32,000 nucleotides of DNA from Coprobacillaceae bacterium. GTDB taxonomy: Bacteria; Bacillota_I; Bacilli_A; Erysipelotrichales; Coprobacillaceae. The stretch is from the NCBI GenBank assembly GCA_963675515.1, contig OY776328.1, forward strand, positions 1,050,001 to 1,082,000, given 5' to 3'. How positions within the stretch are numbered: the stretch's first letter is position 1; every line of letters starts with the position of its first letter. The notes below the pieces were generated by a model. That model was not told the origin of the DNA and did not search any database. It saw nothing but the letters and a program-made list of their open reading frames with translations. A program made the position numbers and the translations under genes. Shown here one piece after another: positions 17,801 through 27,499 of this stretch.

Positions 17801-17897
17801 CTTCCAAGGAAGGTAGAAGAAAAACCCTATTGTTTTAGATACCCCAAGAGGAAGATATTTGATATAATTTGATCAGTAAAGAAGCGAGGTGAACACT

Positions 17898-18419
17898 ATG
17901 TTGGAACTTAAAAGCATCAATCAAAAAGACAATGATCTAGACAAGATCAGGAACCTCTACCAGGCGTCGTTTCCCAGCGCCCAGCGAATTGAGTTTGAAT
18001 ACCTGATGATATCGGATGGACACCGCGAGATCCTGGGAATCTACCTGGATGACCGCTTGGTCGGGTTCATGTCCGTGCTCACTTTTGGGGATCTAAGCTA
18101 CATCGCCTATTTCGCGATTGAAAGTGGATTAAGGGGGCAGGGACTTGGGACCCGGGCAATCGGTCTGATTGGCAACCGCAAACCAGCCAACCGGTTAATC
18201 CTGGATATCGAAGCAACCGATGAAATGGCCCCGGACAATCAGTTGCGACAACGCAGGAAGCAATTCTACCTGGACAACGGCTTCAAGGAAGCGGGAATTT
18301 CCTACACCTGGAACAATGTGGCCTATGAAACGCTTGTTAAAAACGGCGATATAACCGAGAATGAGTTCGATGAGTTCTGGCAAAATATCACCAGCGTCGC
18401 AACAAAAAGTCAAAAATAA
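17898..18419 (+). CDS. GNAT-family N-acetyltransferase
   Basis: It carries the RGQGLGTRAI acetyl-CoA motif and YLDNGF. A GAGGTGA RBS precedes ATG 17898; the GTG at 17889 in the ORF track lies inside that RBS. Confidence 0.85.
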   Translation: MLELKSINQKDNDLDKIRNLYQASFPSAQRIEFEYLMISDGHREILGIYLDDRLVGFMSVLTFGDLSYIAYFAIESGLRGQGLGTRAIGLIGNRKPANRLILDIEATDEMAPDNQLRQRRKQFYLDNGFKEAGISYTWNNVAYETLVKNGDITENEFDEFWQNITSVATKSQK

Positions 18420-18422
18420 CAC

Positions 18423-18451
18423 AAAAAAAGGATGTGTCTGGCATCCTTTTT
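18423..18451. terminator. bidirectional intrinsic terminator between the GNAT and TetR genes
   Basis: AAAAAGGATG-tgtctgg-CATCCTTTTT, flanked by an A-run and a T-run. Confidence 0.85.
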
Positions 18452-19039
18452 CTACTGTTTGACATATTCTGATTGGATATAGCCATCGAAGCCGCCAAAT
18501 ATCAGGGTGATGGCATGCGGAGTGATTTCTTCGATGGGAAGCACCTTGTCTTCCTTGACCCACTGGCGGTAAAGCTCCAGGGTCGCACCGATAAGGTACG
18601 AGGTGACGATGCCCTTGAACTGTTCGGGAATCCGGGCAATGGATTTTTTGTAGCTTGGGTTATGGTCGATTGAATTGGCGAACATTGTGGCGCAGTAGTC
18701 GCGGTAGGAGCTGTCGCAGATGATCTTCTCGACATAAGGTTCCTGGACCGCGAAATATTCGAAGAATATCCTGGTCTGGTGGCGCAGATCCACCAGGGCG
18801 AGCTGTTCGTCAATCTGGGCGACAAAGCCCTTGATTATCTCACTAAGGGTGTGGTCATACAGATCCTCAATCGAGGCGTAGTGGGAATAGAACGTCTTGC
18901 GGTGGATTCCGGCCTTATGGGTCAGATCCTTGACGGAAATGGCACTGGCACTCGTAGAGGCGATCATCTCCTTGAAAGCCTTGTCGATTGCCGCCCGGGT
19001 ATTCTGGATTCTCTTGTTTGTCTTGATGTTGTTTTCCAT
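18452..19039 (-). CDS. TetR/AcrR-family transcriptional regulator
   Basis: The HTH reads ISVKDLTHKAGIHRKTFYSHY. I prefer the start at MENNIKTNK (19039) because of an upstream GGAAGG RBS. A small 5-1-5 palindrome, GCATAATATGC, at 19109-19119 upstream may be an operator. Confidence 0.85.
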   Translation of the reverse strand: MENNIKTNKRIQNTRAAIDKAFKEMIASTSASAISVKDLTHKAGIHRKTFYSHYASIEDLYDHTLSEIIKGFVAQIDEQLALVDLRHQTRIFFEYFAVQEPYVEKIICDSSYRDYCATMFANSIDHNPSYKKSIARIPEQFKGIVTSYLIGATLELYRQWVKEDKVLPIEEITPHAITLIFGGFDGYIQSEYVKQ

Positions 19040-19351
19040 AAATTCCGCCTTCCCTTGCAAACGCATCCACACAATTCGATGTAATCGTTTAATATTATAA
19101 TATAAATACGCATAATATGCAACAAATGTAACTAGAATTTTGCAAAAATTTAATTGACCTGTTCAGACCGGGATTACGGTTTCAAATATTAAGTGAAAAC
19201 CGCTTCCTTGACTGATATTGAATGCCGGGTCATTCTTTTAAAAAGAATTATCCCGGTCCATTCACCGGTGATTCATAGCGGCCGCAACAGTCAGATTCAA
19301 GTATCGCTCGATAATCACAAATCGGATTGGGTGAAATACAAAAAAAGGACC

Positions 19352-20179
19352 TCAGTCCTTTATTTTGTGGAAAATTGGTGTCATCGACTCGAAGGTGCAG
19401 TATGACTTGAAGCCCATGGCTTTGAGTTGTTCGAGCGCCTGTTCGATGCCAGAACCGAGATGGCTTCTTTTATGGGAATCCGAACCGACGGTGATGATTT
19501 TCCCACCCAGTTGCTTGTACAGTCTTAATATGTCGCGCGAGGGGGTCAGATCGTCAACGCCATAACGCGAGCTGGAAGTGTTGATCTCGATCCCCTTGCC
19601 CCGGGCGATCACGATTTTCAGGATCTTGGTGATGATGCCTTCGATCTTTTCAAAAGGAAGCTTGCCTTCGCTGTAGCGGACGATCATGTCAAGATGACCT
19701 AAAACCGAGTAGTTGTTGAATTGGCTTACAACGCTAAGCATCTCCTGGTAGTAGGCGATGGTGTATTCCTCGAGGTTCTTGCCTTTCTGGAAGGCATAAT
19801 CCCAGAATTCCAGATCATCGACCTGGTGGATCGACAGGATGACAAAATCCATTTCGTAGCTTTCATAAAGCTTTTCAAAATCCCCGATAGTATGGCTTTG
19901 GATGCCAAATTCCAGCCCGCTTTTGATTGTGATCTGATTATTGTACTTGGCCTTGAGTTTGGCTATTTCCTGAAAATAGCGGGGGTAGTCGACGTTGAGG
20001 ATTGGATTTTCCTTTTGCGACAGTTCGATCTGGTCGTGGTCGATCTTGATCCCGTAATCGACATGGTCGGTAAAGCAGATCTCCTCAAGACCTAGATCAA
20101 TTGCGTCCTTGATGACATCTTCCATCTTATGGGTCGAGTCATCGGAATAGTTGGTGTGGATATGGTAGTCGCAGCGCAT
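19352..20179 (-). CDS. PHP-domain phosphoesterase, histidinol-phosphatase HisJ family
   Basis: It has MRCDYHIHTNYSDD, the FTDHVDY metal-binding motifs, GHLD and GSDSH. An AAGGAGGA RBS is present. The gene starts 10 nt after the stop of the upstream 463-aa gene, so the two probably form an operon. Confidence 0.85.
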   Translation of the reverse strand: MRCDYHIHTNYSDDSTHKMEDVIKDAIDLGLEEICFTDHVDYGIKIDHDQIELSQKENPILNVDYPRYFQEIAKLKAKYNNQITIKSGLEFGIQSHTIGDFEKLYESYEMDFVILSIHQVDDLEFWDYAFQKGKNLEEYTIAYYQEMLSVVSQFNNYSVLGHLDMIVRYSEGKLPFEKIEGIITKILKIVIARGKGIEINTSSSRYGVDDLTPSRDILRLYKQLGGKIITVGSDSHKRSHLGSGIEQALEQLKAMGFKSYCTFESMTPIFHKIKD

Positions 20180-20189
20180 GTTTTCCTCC

Positions 20190-21581
20190 TTAACATGATA
20201 AGATCAGCTGCCCGAGCAGGGTGTAGTCGAGCATATTGGTGACTTTGACGATTTTAGGCAGGTATGATTTTTGCAGGTGCCGGCCCAGTTCGTCATAAAG
20301 GCGGTCCTCGTTGGTGATCAGGTCGCAGTAGATTACGACAATCTCGGGGGCGAGCAGGGCCATGATCGACAGGATTGTCTTGGAGACAAGTTCAAGCGAA
20401 CCTTCGATGGTCCGGTTGAGAATCAGCGGGCTGTCAGAAAGGGCCATGGGCAAATACTGGATCTCTCCGGCAAGATTGTGGCTGCCGTTTATGAGCCGGC
20501 CGTTGATGACGAATCCGGCTCCGGAAAGATGCTGGCTTGGCTGAAACAGGAAGGCCAGCGAATCGCAGCCATCCTGGCAGGCATAGAAGCCCACCGCCGC
20601 ACTGTTCACATCGTTGGATATTATGATTTCCATATCGTAGCGCTCCTTGAGCATCCTTTCGAGGTAGACATTCTCGAAGCCCCGGACACTCGTCGAATAA
20701 AGCATGCCGTCATCATTGATGATTCCCGGGGTGGAAACTCCGATTGTTTTGACATCCGGATGGTTTGCCAGGATTGTGTCGATCACATGGAAGATGTCCT
20801 CAGCCTTGACATGGGGCTTGATTATCTCATCATCGATTACCATATCCATGTCTTTCAAATAGAGCCGGTAAGCCAGGTGGACCCGTTGGCTGTTGCGAAA
20901 CAGCGAGAAGACCAGCACCGGACTTTCATTTGCGACTTTCTGGTGAATAACCGGACTGCCTCTTTTTAATGGTTGAACAATCTTCTTTTCGAATGCTGAA
21001 GTTATCAGGTCGATGGTCGCCTTGACATCATATGTTGCGAATATTTCCCCGGGAATGACCTTGACCGCCTGATTTTTAAGAATGGCCTTGACTTTGTGGT
21101 AGACATGGCTGACCTGGGGAGCGAGCAGGATGACATCGAACTTGGTGCCCTGGTAAAAGACATTCTGGTAGCCGGTCGCCTCGATGGTGAAGTTGAGGTC
21201 GAGCAGTTTTGCGCCCTGGAGAAGCTTGCTGGCAAAAAATGAGGTGGTAAGACCGCCCGAGCAACAAAGCAGGACCCTGATCGCCGGACGGGTGGCAATC
21301 TTGTGGATGCAGATAACCATCTCTTCAAAGAGCTTGACTGCCTGGGACAGGCTGTTCATCTGGAAATGGAGGTAGAACTCGGTCTGCCCCGTCGCCTTGT
21401 TTACTGTGGTGAGTTCGATGATATTGTCATGGTAGAAGGATATGTTGCTTGTGGACGACTGGTTTTCGATGGTGATAAGGTCGCTTTTTGCCATCCATAT
21501 TTCCATATCGGCATGTTTGTGGCTGAGGATCCATTTTTGAAAGAATAAGATATTGAGATTGCTGAAAAATTCATCCATCAT
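20190..21581 (-). CDS. multidomain protein: unknown N-domain (about 97 aa) + PTS EIIB (lactose/cellobiose type) + degenerate ROK-fold domain
   Basis: Residues from about 98 to 200 read IRVLLCCSGGLTTSFFASKL...DVILLAPQVSHVYHKVK, the PTS_IIB type-3 pattern with the active-site Cys. Residues from about 215 to 463 carry ROK-like GVSTPGIINDDG, ISNDVNSAAVG and GAGFVINGRLINGSHNLAGEIQYLP. The DxGGT phosphate-1 motif, the GH and the CxCGxxGCxE zinc motif are all absent, and no HTH is visible. An AAAGGAGG RBS is present. Confidence 0.8.
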   Translation of the reverse strand: MMDEFFSNLNILFFQKWILSHKHADMEIWMAKSDLITIENQSSTSNISFYHDNIIELTTVNKATGQTEFYLHFQMNSLSQAVKLFEEMVICIHKIATRPAIRVLLCCSGGLTTSFFASKLLQGAKLLDLNFTIEATGYQNVFYQGTKFDVILLAPQVSHVYHKVKAILKNQAVKVIPGEIFATYDVKATIDLITSAFEKKIVQPLKRGSPVIHQKVANESPVLVFSLFRNSQRVHLAYRLYLKDMDMVIDDEIIKPHVKAEDIFHVIDTILANHPDVKTIGVSTPGIINDDGMLYSTSVRGFENVYLERMLKERYDMEIIISNDVNSAAVGFYACQDGCDSLAFLFQPSQHLSGAGFVINGRLINGSHNLAGEIQYLPMALSDSPLILNRTIEGSLELVSKTILSIMALLAPEIVVIYCDLITNEDRLYDELGRHLQKSYLPKIVKVTNMLDYTLLGQLILSC

Positions 21582-21722
21582 ATAACCTCCTTTTTGGTGA
21601 ATCCTTGTTTTCTAAACCAATTCTATCATCATTCATGATGGAAAAAACCTTTTTGCGGAATTATGAAATGAAAATGGCATGAATAAGGGTCCGTTTCAAT
21701 TGATAAACGACATTTTGGAATC

Positions 21723-21746
21723 AAAAAAGACCCGCAGATGCGAGTC
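21723..21746 (-). terminator. intrinsic terminator of gdhA
   Basis: On the minus strand: GACTCGC-atct-GCGGGTC followed by TTTTTT. Confidence 0.8.
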
Positions 21747-21754
21747 ATATAAAT

Positions 21755-23110
<1,356 letters not shown>

Positions 23111-23594
23111 TTATTATACTCCTTGTAGTGGCATAATGGTATCAAATTGGTACGTGAAAATCATTTTCAATGTATTTTCACTATACATATTCCTGCTTTA
23201 GCCAAAAAATTTATCAATGTCTTATTAAATGCATTCGTAACTGATTTAAATTAATGTGTAATATAATCCGCAAATATCATTTACAAGAGTCTCTTGTGGT
23301 GGTAAAATAAGTTCATAAAGCAACGAAATTGTGAGTTTAATCCCACGAGAGCTATTTGTGAGAAAGTTGATAAATGGTAGCCAATTCGGGTCAATGATAC
23401 CATCTCAACTCGAAAATCGGTCAAGTTCCCGGTCAATCCGGATGGCTCTGGAGAATGCCCGAATATTATTTTCATAATACTCTAAGACGGATTTTTCAGA
23501 TTCCGTCATAATGAATGATCCAAGTTCATTGCCCGCTTTGGAATGACATTTTTATTTATTGAGGGTTTAATCCTATTTTGAGGAGAAAGGAAAA

Positions 23595-25601
23595 ATGAAA
23601 AGAACAGCGCGATTTAAAAAAACGTTAAAGACGTTTTTGGTTTTTATCATTGCCGTAACGATGATGGTGCCCACAGCGGTCAATGCAAGTGGGGCCGGCA
23701 GAGGCGACGACGGGATGGTTACAATCAATGTTCCCTCGAACATTGAAACTACAATTACAGTCGTAAAGGAAATTGATGGGGTGGACGTTACTTTTAACGG
23801 CGACATCTTGCCTTCGGGTGGCTACTATGTCACCTCCTTCAGGGTTCCTATCGGCGGTTCCTGCTTGGTTGTTCCCGGAACAGCTGCAGGTTATGTTACT
23901 CCGGATAATGTGACTGTCAAGCTGACCGGTCTTCAGGGTTCGTTTGACATAACTATAAGTGAGCTGATATACGAACTTTCAGGGGAATCAGTAAATTCTG
24001 TGACGGTAAATCCGGCGACATCTGGTCTGATTGTCGGACAATCAGCAACTTTGGATGCAACCATCGATCCAAGTACAGCCAACCAGGCTGTAACCTGGTC
24101 AATCGAACCGGCTGCTTCGACTGTTGCCACAGTTTCAGCCTCAGGCGTTGTCACCGCGATGGATTCCGGTACGGTCACAATCAGGGCGACATCGGTTGAA
24201 GATGGTTCAAAGAGCGGTACCTGTGTTGTGACTGTAGGTGTGGTTTCAGCGATCGATACACCTTCAACATCGGGAATCGTAGGCATTCCGGTGCCTTTGC
24301 CAACTACAGCTTCACCATCAATCTCATATGCAGGAGGGGACGGGGCACCTCAGGTAATGCCTGTGAGTTGGGAAGGTGCAAGCCCTGGCAATACCATCAC
24401 GTTCAGTGCCCCAGGTTCGTATACCGTCAACGGTTATATCCCGGGGACATCAATCCTGATCGCTGAGTTGACTGTGAATGTCGTTCCTGGCGATGAGCCT
24501 GCAATTGACGTGACATTTACTGTAAATGAATTGGATTTATACATTGGTGAAACCGGGGACGTTGACTTTGCGATTACTCCAGCCGGTGCGAACGTAGCTC
24601 AAGTTGGTTGGCGCAGTACCGATACGACAGTGGCCAATGTTGAATTATTGGATGCCAATACAGTGCGAGTTACAGCCAGCAGTGACCCTGATAACGGAGT
24701 CGGTTCAGCTGAAATAATCGCCTATCTTGGAGATGAGACAAATGTCCTCGACAGTTTCTATGTCTACGTATCAATCGACCCTAACGTGGTTGAAATCCCA
24801 TCAATTGTGGCAACCACTTTTGATTCGGACGTTTCAAGAGATGTGAATGTCGCAGTCGACATATTCGCATCACCTAGCGATGTCTATATCAACTACTACG
24901 GCCTGTCTAGTGGCAAGTATTATGTCAAGATCGAAGACAAAGGCAGCAAGGCTCCATTAGGAGAAGGAGAAATCAACATCAGTACGGAAGATGGAAAATT
25001 CTGGCTGTCGGAAACACTGGGCGGTTTCGCATCTACCCTCAAATATTCGGCGTCTTACTTCGTATCGATGAGCAAAGATCCTGATTATCCTAGCGGCGAT
25101 TATGAAGATGGCACTCCAAAAACCTTGATGGATAACTTCAAAATAACATCGCCGGTACCGACAACACCGCTCGACAATATCGATGTGGTTGTCAGTGAGG
25201 CAACCGGAAACAATGGTGTTTTGGCCGATATAATGACTGAACTTGGAGTGGATTCGCTTGAAGTCATCTTGGGCCGGATAATCGATGAGTCGGATATCCT
25301 TGGCACCCAATACGAAGATTATCTCCTTCCTGGATCGTCAGTTGCCAACCCACAGTATTCCGATGAAGTAAAGCTGATTGGAGATGTCGGAGCTGATGGA
25401 GTAGTGGTATGGCGGACACCTAAGGAAAAACTGAAAATTGGCGGTTACATCCTGCTTATCCAGATTCCGAATATCGGCGAAGCAGGTGCGAATTACGACA
25501 CCAATCTTGATAGTAGAAATATAGATGGCACTTACCTCAAAGAGGTTCATATCACTCGAAACGGCATAGTTTATAGAGATATTATCGTGTCATACGATTG
25601 A
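23595..25601 (+). CDS. secreted protein with Big_2 (bacterial Ig-like) repeats and an uncharacterised C-terminal half
   Basis: A signal peptide is present (MKRTARFKK...VPTAVNA/SG). Two Big_2-like repeats are visible (VTVNPATSGLIVGQSATLDATIDP...VTWSI...VTIRATS and FTVNELDLYIGETGDVDFAITP...WRSTDTTVANV). I see no LPXTG motif and no S-layer or choline-binding repeats. A GAGGAGAAAGG RBS is present. Confidence 0.8.
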   Translation: MKRTARFKKTLKTFLVFIIAVTMMVPTAVNASGAGRGDDGMVTINVPSNIETTITVVKEIDGVDVTFNGDILPSGGYYVTSFRVPIGGSCLVVPGTAAGYVTPDNVTVKLTGLQGSFDITISELIYELSGESVNSVTVNPATSGLIVGQSATLDATIDPSTANQAVTWSIEPAASTVATVSASGVVTAMDSGTVTIRATSVEDGSKSGTCVVTVGVVSAIDTPSTSGIVGIPVPLPTTASPSISYAGGDGAPQVMPVSWEGASPGNTITFSAPGSYTVNGYIPGTSILIAELTVNVVPGDEPAIDVTFTVNELDLYIGETGDVDFAITPAGANVAQVGWRSTDTTVANVELLDANTVRVTASSDPDNGVGSAEIIAYLGDETNVLDSFYVYVSIDPNVVEIPSIVATTFDSDVSRDVNVAVDIFASPSDVYINYYGLSSGKYYVKIEDKGSKAPLGEGEINISTEDGKFWLSETLGGFASTLKYSASYFVSMSKDPDYPSGDYEDGTPKTLMDNFKITSPVPTTPLDNIDVVVSEATGNNGVLADIMTELGVDSLEVILGRIIDESDILGTQYEDYLLPGSSVANPQYSDEVKLIGDVGADGVVVWRTPKEKLKIGGYILLIQIPNIGEAGANYDTNLDSRNIDGTYLKEVHITRNGIVYRDIIVSYD

Positions 25602-25614
25602 CAATATTTGTACA

Positions 25615-25654
25615 ACAAGTCCTACAAAATAACCTTTGCAGGACTTGTTTTTTA
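25615..25654 (+). terminator. intrinsic terminator
   Basis: ACAAGTCCT...AGGACTTGT stem followed by TTTTTT. Confidence 0.85.
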
Positions 25655-25715
25655 ATTATTCGATTGCCAAATGAAAGCAAGCAAACGGGCCGATTAACTT
25701 CCCATATATGCGTGG

Positions 25716-25744
25716 TTGTCTAATGGGACTAATTTTGGTATAAT
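25716..25744 (+). promoter_or_regulatory. sigma-A promoter of the GH3-like gene
   Basis: TTGTCT (25716-25721), a 17-nt spacer, then TATAAT (25739-25744) with TG at the extended -10 position. Confidence 0.6.
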
Positions 25745-25782
25745 TTCGTTACAGCAGTAAATATTATTCGAGGGGGAAATTT

Positions 25783-26976
25783 ATGTCTTACAATAGAAAA
25801 TCAAGCCAGATCAAGCAGGCGGCAATCCTGGCTTTGCTTGTTTTGATCTGGGGAGTCCTTTACTTCCTGCCAATTGGCAACAATGGCTACAGTGAAAGCG
25901 AAAACCAGAGTGGCAATGTCACTGACAATGGTGATGTCTTTGATACAAGTGGTAACACCGATCAGGGCGACAATGAGGTTACAAACCTGATGGCTGGGAT
26001 GACCATCGAGCAGAAGGTGGCCCAGATGTTCATCATCACCCCGGAACAGCTTACCGGCGTCAAACAGGTCACAGCGGCTGGGTCGATGACCCAGGCGGCC
26101 CTTAGCCAATATCCGGTTGGGGGACTCGTGTATTCAAAGGGGAACATAGTCACTCCTGAACAGATCATTACACTTATTTCCAATACCAAGGCATATGCCA
26201 AGCAAATCAGTGGCTTGAGTCTTTTTGCCTGCATCGATGAACAGGGTGGCACCGCATCGCAGTTCGCCGATAACGGAAGCTTCACAACCGACCTGCCAGG
26301 TGAATACAGCACAGTGACCACCCGTGAAGAAGCCTATGAATTGGGAAGCAGCATCGGGGAATACTTGTTGACCTATGGTTTCAATGTGGACTTCGCTCCG
26401 GTGGCGAATTCTTCAAGTGATGATTCGGACATCCAGACTTTCGGGGATGATTACCAGGTGATCAGTGAAATGGCCAGCGGTATGGCCGAAGGTCTTAGTG
26501 ACAAGAATATCCTGGCGACAATGAAATATTTCCCGGGAATCGAAGGGACAACATTGAACTCCATGACATCAGACCAGCTTCTTTCAGGAGATGTGCTGCC
26601 TTTTGCGACCGGAATCGAACAGGGAGTGCCCCTGATCATGGTTGGCAACATCACCTTGCCTCAAATCATTGGCGACAACACGCCGGCTTCGCTGTCAAAA
26701 GAGATTGTCAGTGATTTGCTTATTGGGGAAATGGGCTATAAGGGAATTGTCGTGAGTGATGCCCTGAATTCTTCTGTCATCACTGAAACTTACGACAGCG
26801 CCCAGGCGGCCATCAAGGCGATCCAGGCAGGCAACGACATGTTGCTCACACCTGAAGACTTCGCTGTTGCCTACCAAGGTGTCCTTGGTGCAATTGAAAG
26901 CGGGGACATCACAGTCGAACAGATCGACGGGTCGGTTTCCAAAATCATCAAGGCCAAACTGCAGCTGGGAAGCTAG
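25783..26976 (+). CDS. membrane-anchored glycoside hydrolase family 3 N-terminal-domain protein (NagZ/beta-hexosaminidase-like, divergent active site)
   Basis: An N-terminal TM anchor is followed by QKVAQMFI, DEQGG, FAPV, KYFPG and GIVVSDALN, the GH3 nucleophile context. The usual KHFPGHG....DSH segment reads KYFPGIEGTTLNSM here. Confidence 0.8.
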   Translation: MSYNRKSSQIKQAAILALLVLIWGVLYFLPIGNNGYSESENQSGNVTDNGDVFDTSGNTDQGDNEVTNLMAGMTIEQKVAQMFIITPEQLTGVKQVTAAGSMTQAALSQYPVGGLVYSKGNIVTPEQIITLISNTKAYAKQISGLSLFACIDEQGGTASQFADNGSFTTDLPGEYSTVTTREEAYELGSSIGEYLLTYGFNVDFAPVANSSSDDSDIQTFGDDYQVISEMASGMAEGLSDKNILATMKYFPGIEGTTLNSMTSDQLLSGDVLPFATGIEQGVPLIMVGNITLPQIIGDNTPASLSKEIVSDLLIGEMGYKGIVVSDALNSSVITETYDSAQAAIKAIQAGNDMLLTPEDFAVAYQGVLGAIESGDITVEQIDGSVSKIIKAKLQLGS

Positions 26977-27089
26977 ACAAGATAATCAAATTGGTTTCGG
27001 TTGCCAACCTGGAATCAATCCATATCCATTTCCAACCTATCATCCTCCTGCAATTAAGAGGGCTTTTGGAGATTGCGGAGCAAATCATT

Positions 27090-27117
27090 TTGCCCACCAA
27101 TCAAATGATGGTAGAAT
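27090..27117 (+). promoter_or_regulatory. candidate sigma-A promoter
   Basis: TTGCCC (27090-27095), a 16-nt spacer, then TAGAAT (27112-27117) preceded by TGg. Confidence 0.45.
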
Positions 27118-27145
27118 GTTTGAAATAGATTAGGAGGTATGGGTT

Positions 27146-27385
27146 ATGAGATATGAATTGGAAGGTGTATGTTCCCGCTTGGTTTCCTTCGATCTTGAAG
27201 GCAAGACTGTAAGCAATGTCCGCTTCGTCGGGGGATGCCCGGGCAACCTGCAGGCAATATCAAAGATTGTCGAAGGTATGGACGCAGATTTTGTGATCGA
27301 GAAGTTCAAAGGCAACCGGTGCGGGGCCAAGAGCACTTCATGCGTCGACCAATTTGCCAAAGCGCTGGAAAAAGCGCAGGGCTGA
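27146..27385 (+). CDS. TIGR03905-type TSCPD-domain 4-Cys protein
   Basis: GVCSRLVSFDLEGKTVSNVRFVGGCPGNLQAISKIVEGM...KGNRCGAKSTSCVDQFAKAL matches the remembered family sequence closely. An AGGAGG RBS is present. Confidence 0.85.
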   Translation: MRYELEGVCSRLVSFDLEGKTVSNVRFVGGCPGNLQAISKIVEGMDADFVIEKFKGNRCGAKSTSCVDQFAKALEKAQG

Positions 27386-27499
27386 TTGCAGGTTCAACTT
27401 ATATAAATTATGACATCTGCCTTATGGCAGCAGGCATTTGAACGATACCGTGCATCAGGTTATCGTTTGGGTGCCTTTGTTTTTTGGAGGAGGAAGAAT

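Noticed and set aside
19193-19405. 70-aa plus-strand ORF between the TetR and PHP genes
   Set aside because: It has a GTG start with no RBS and runs into the 3' end of the convergent PHP gene. The region is better described as intergenic, with a CCGGG...CCCGG hairpin at 19225-19256.
20271-20969. 232-aa plus-strand ORF inside the EIIB-ROK gene, plus similar antisense ORFs inside gdhA (22349-22846), guaA (3682-4122), pabB/pabC (11357-11809, 12634-13092) and the IS (9153-9518)
   Set aside because: All of these are antisense to, or out of frame with, strongly supported genes. They lack RBSs and have no recognisable protein features.
23281-23475. 64-aa minus-strand ORF in the gdhA to Big_2 intergenic region
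   Set aside because: It has no RBS and no recognisable sequence, and it spans repeats and hairpins that are better explained as non-coding structure or a fossil.
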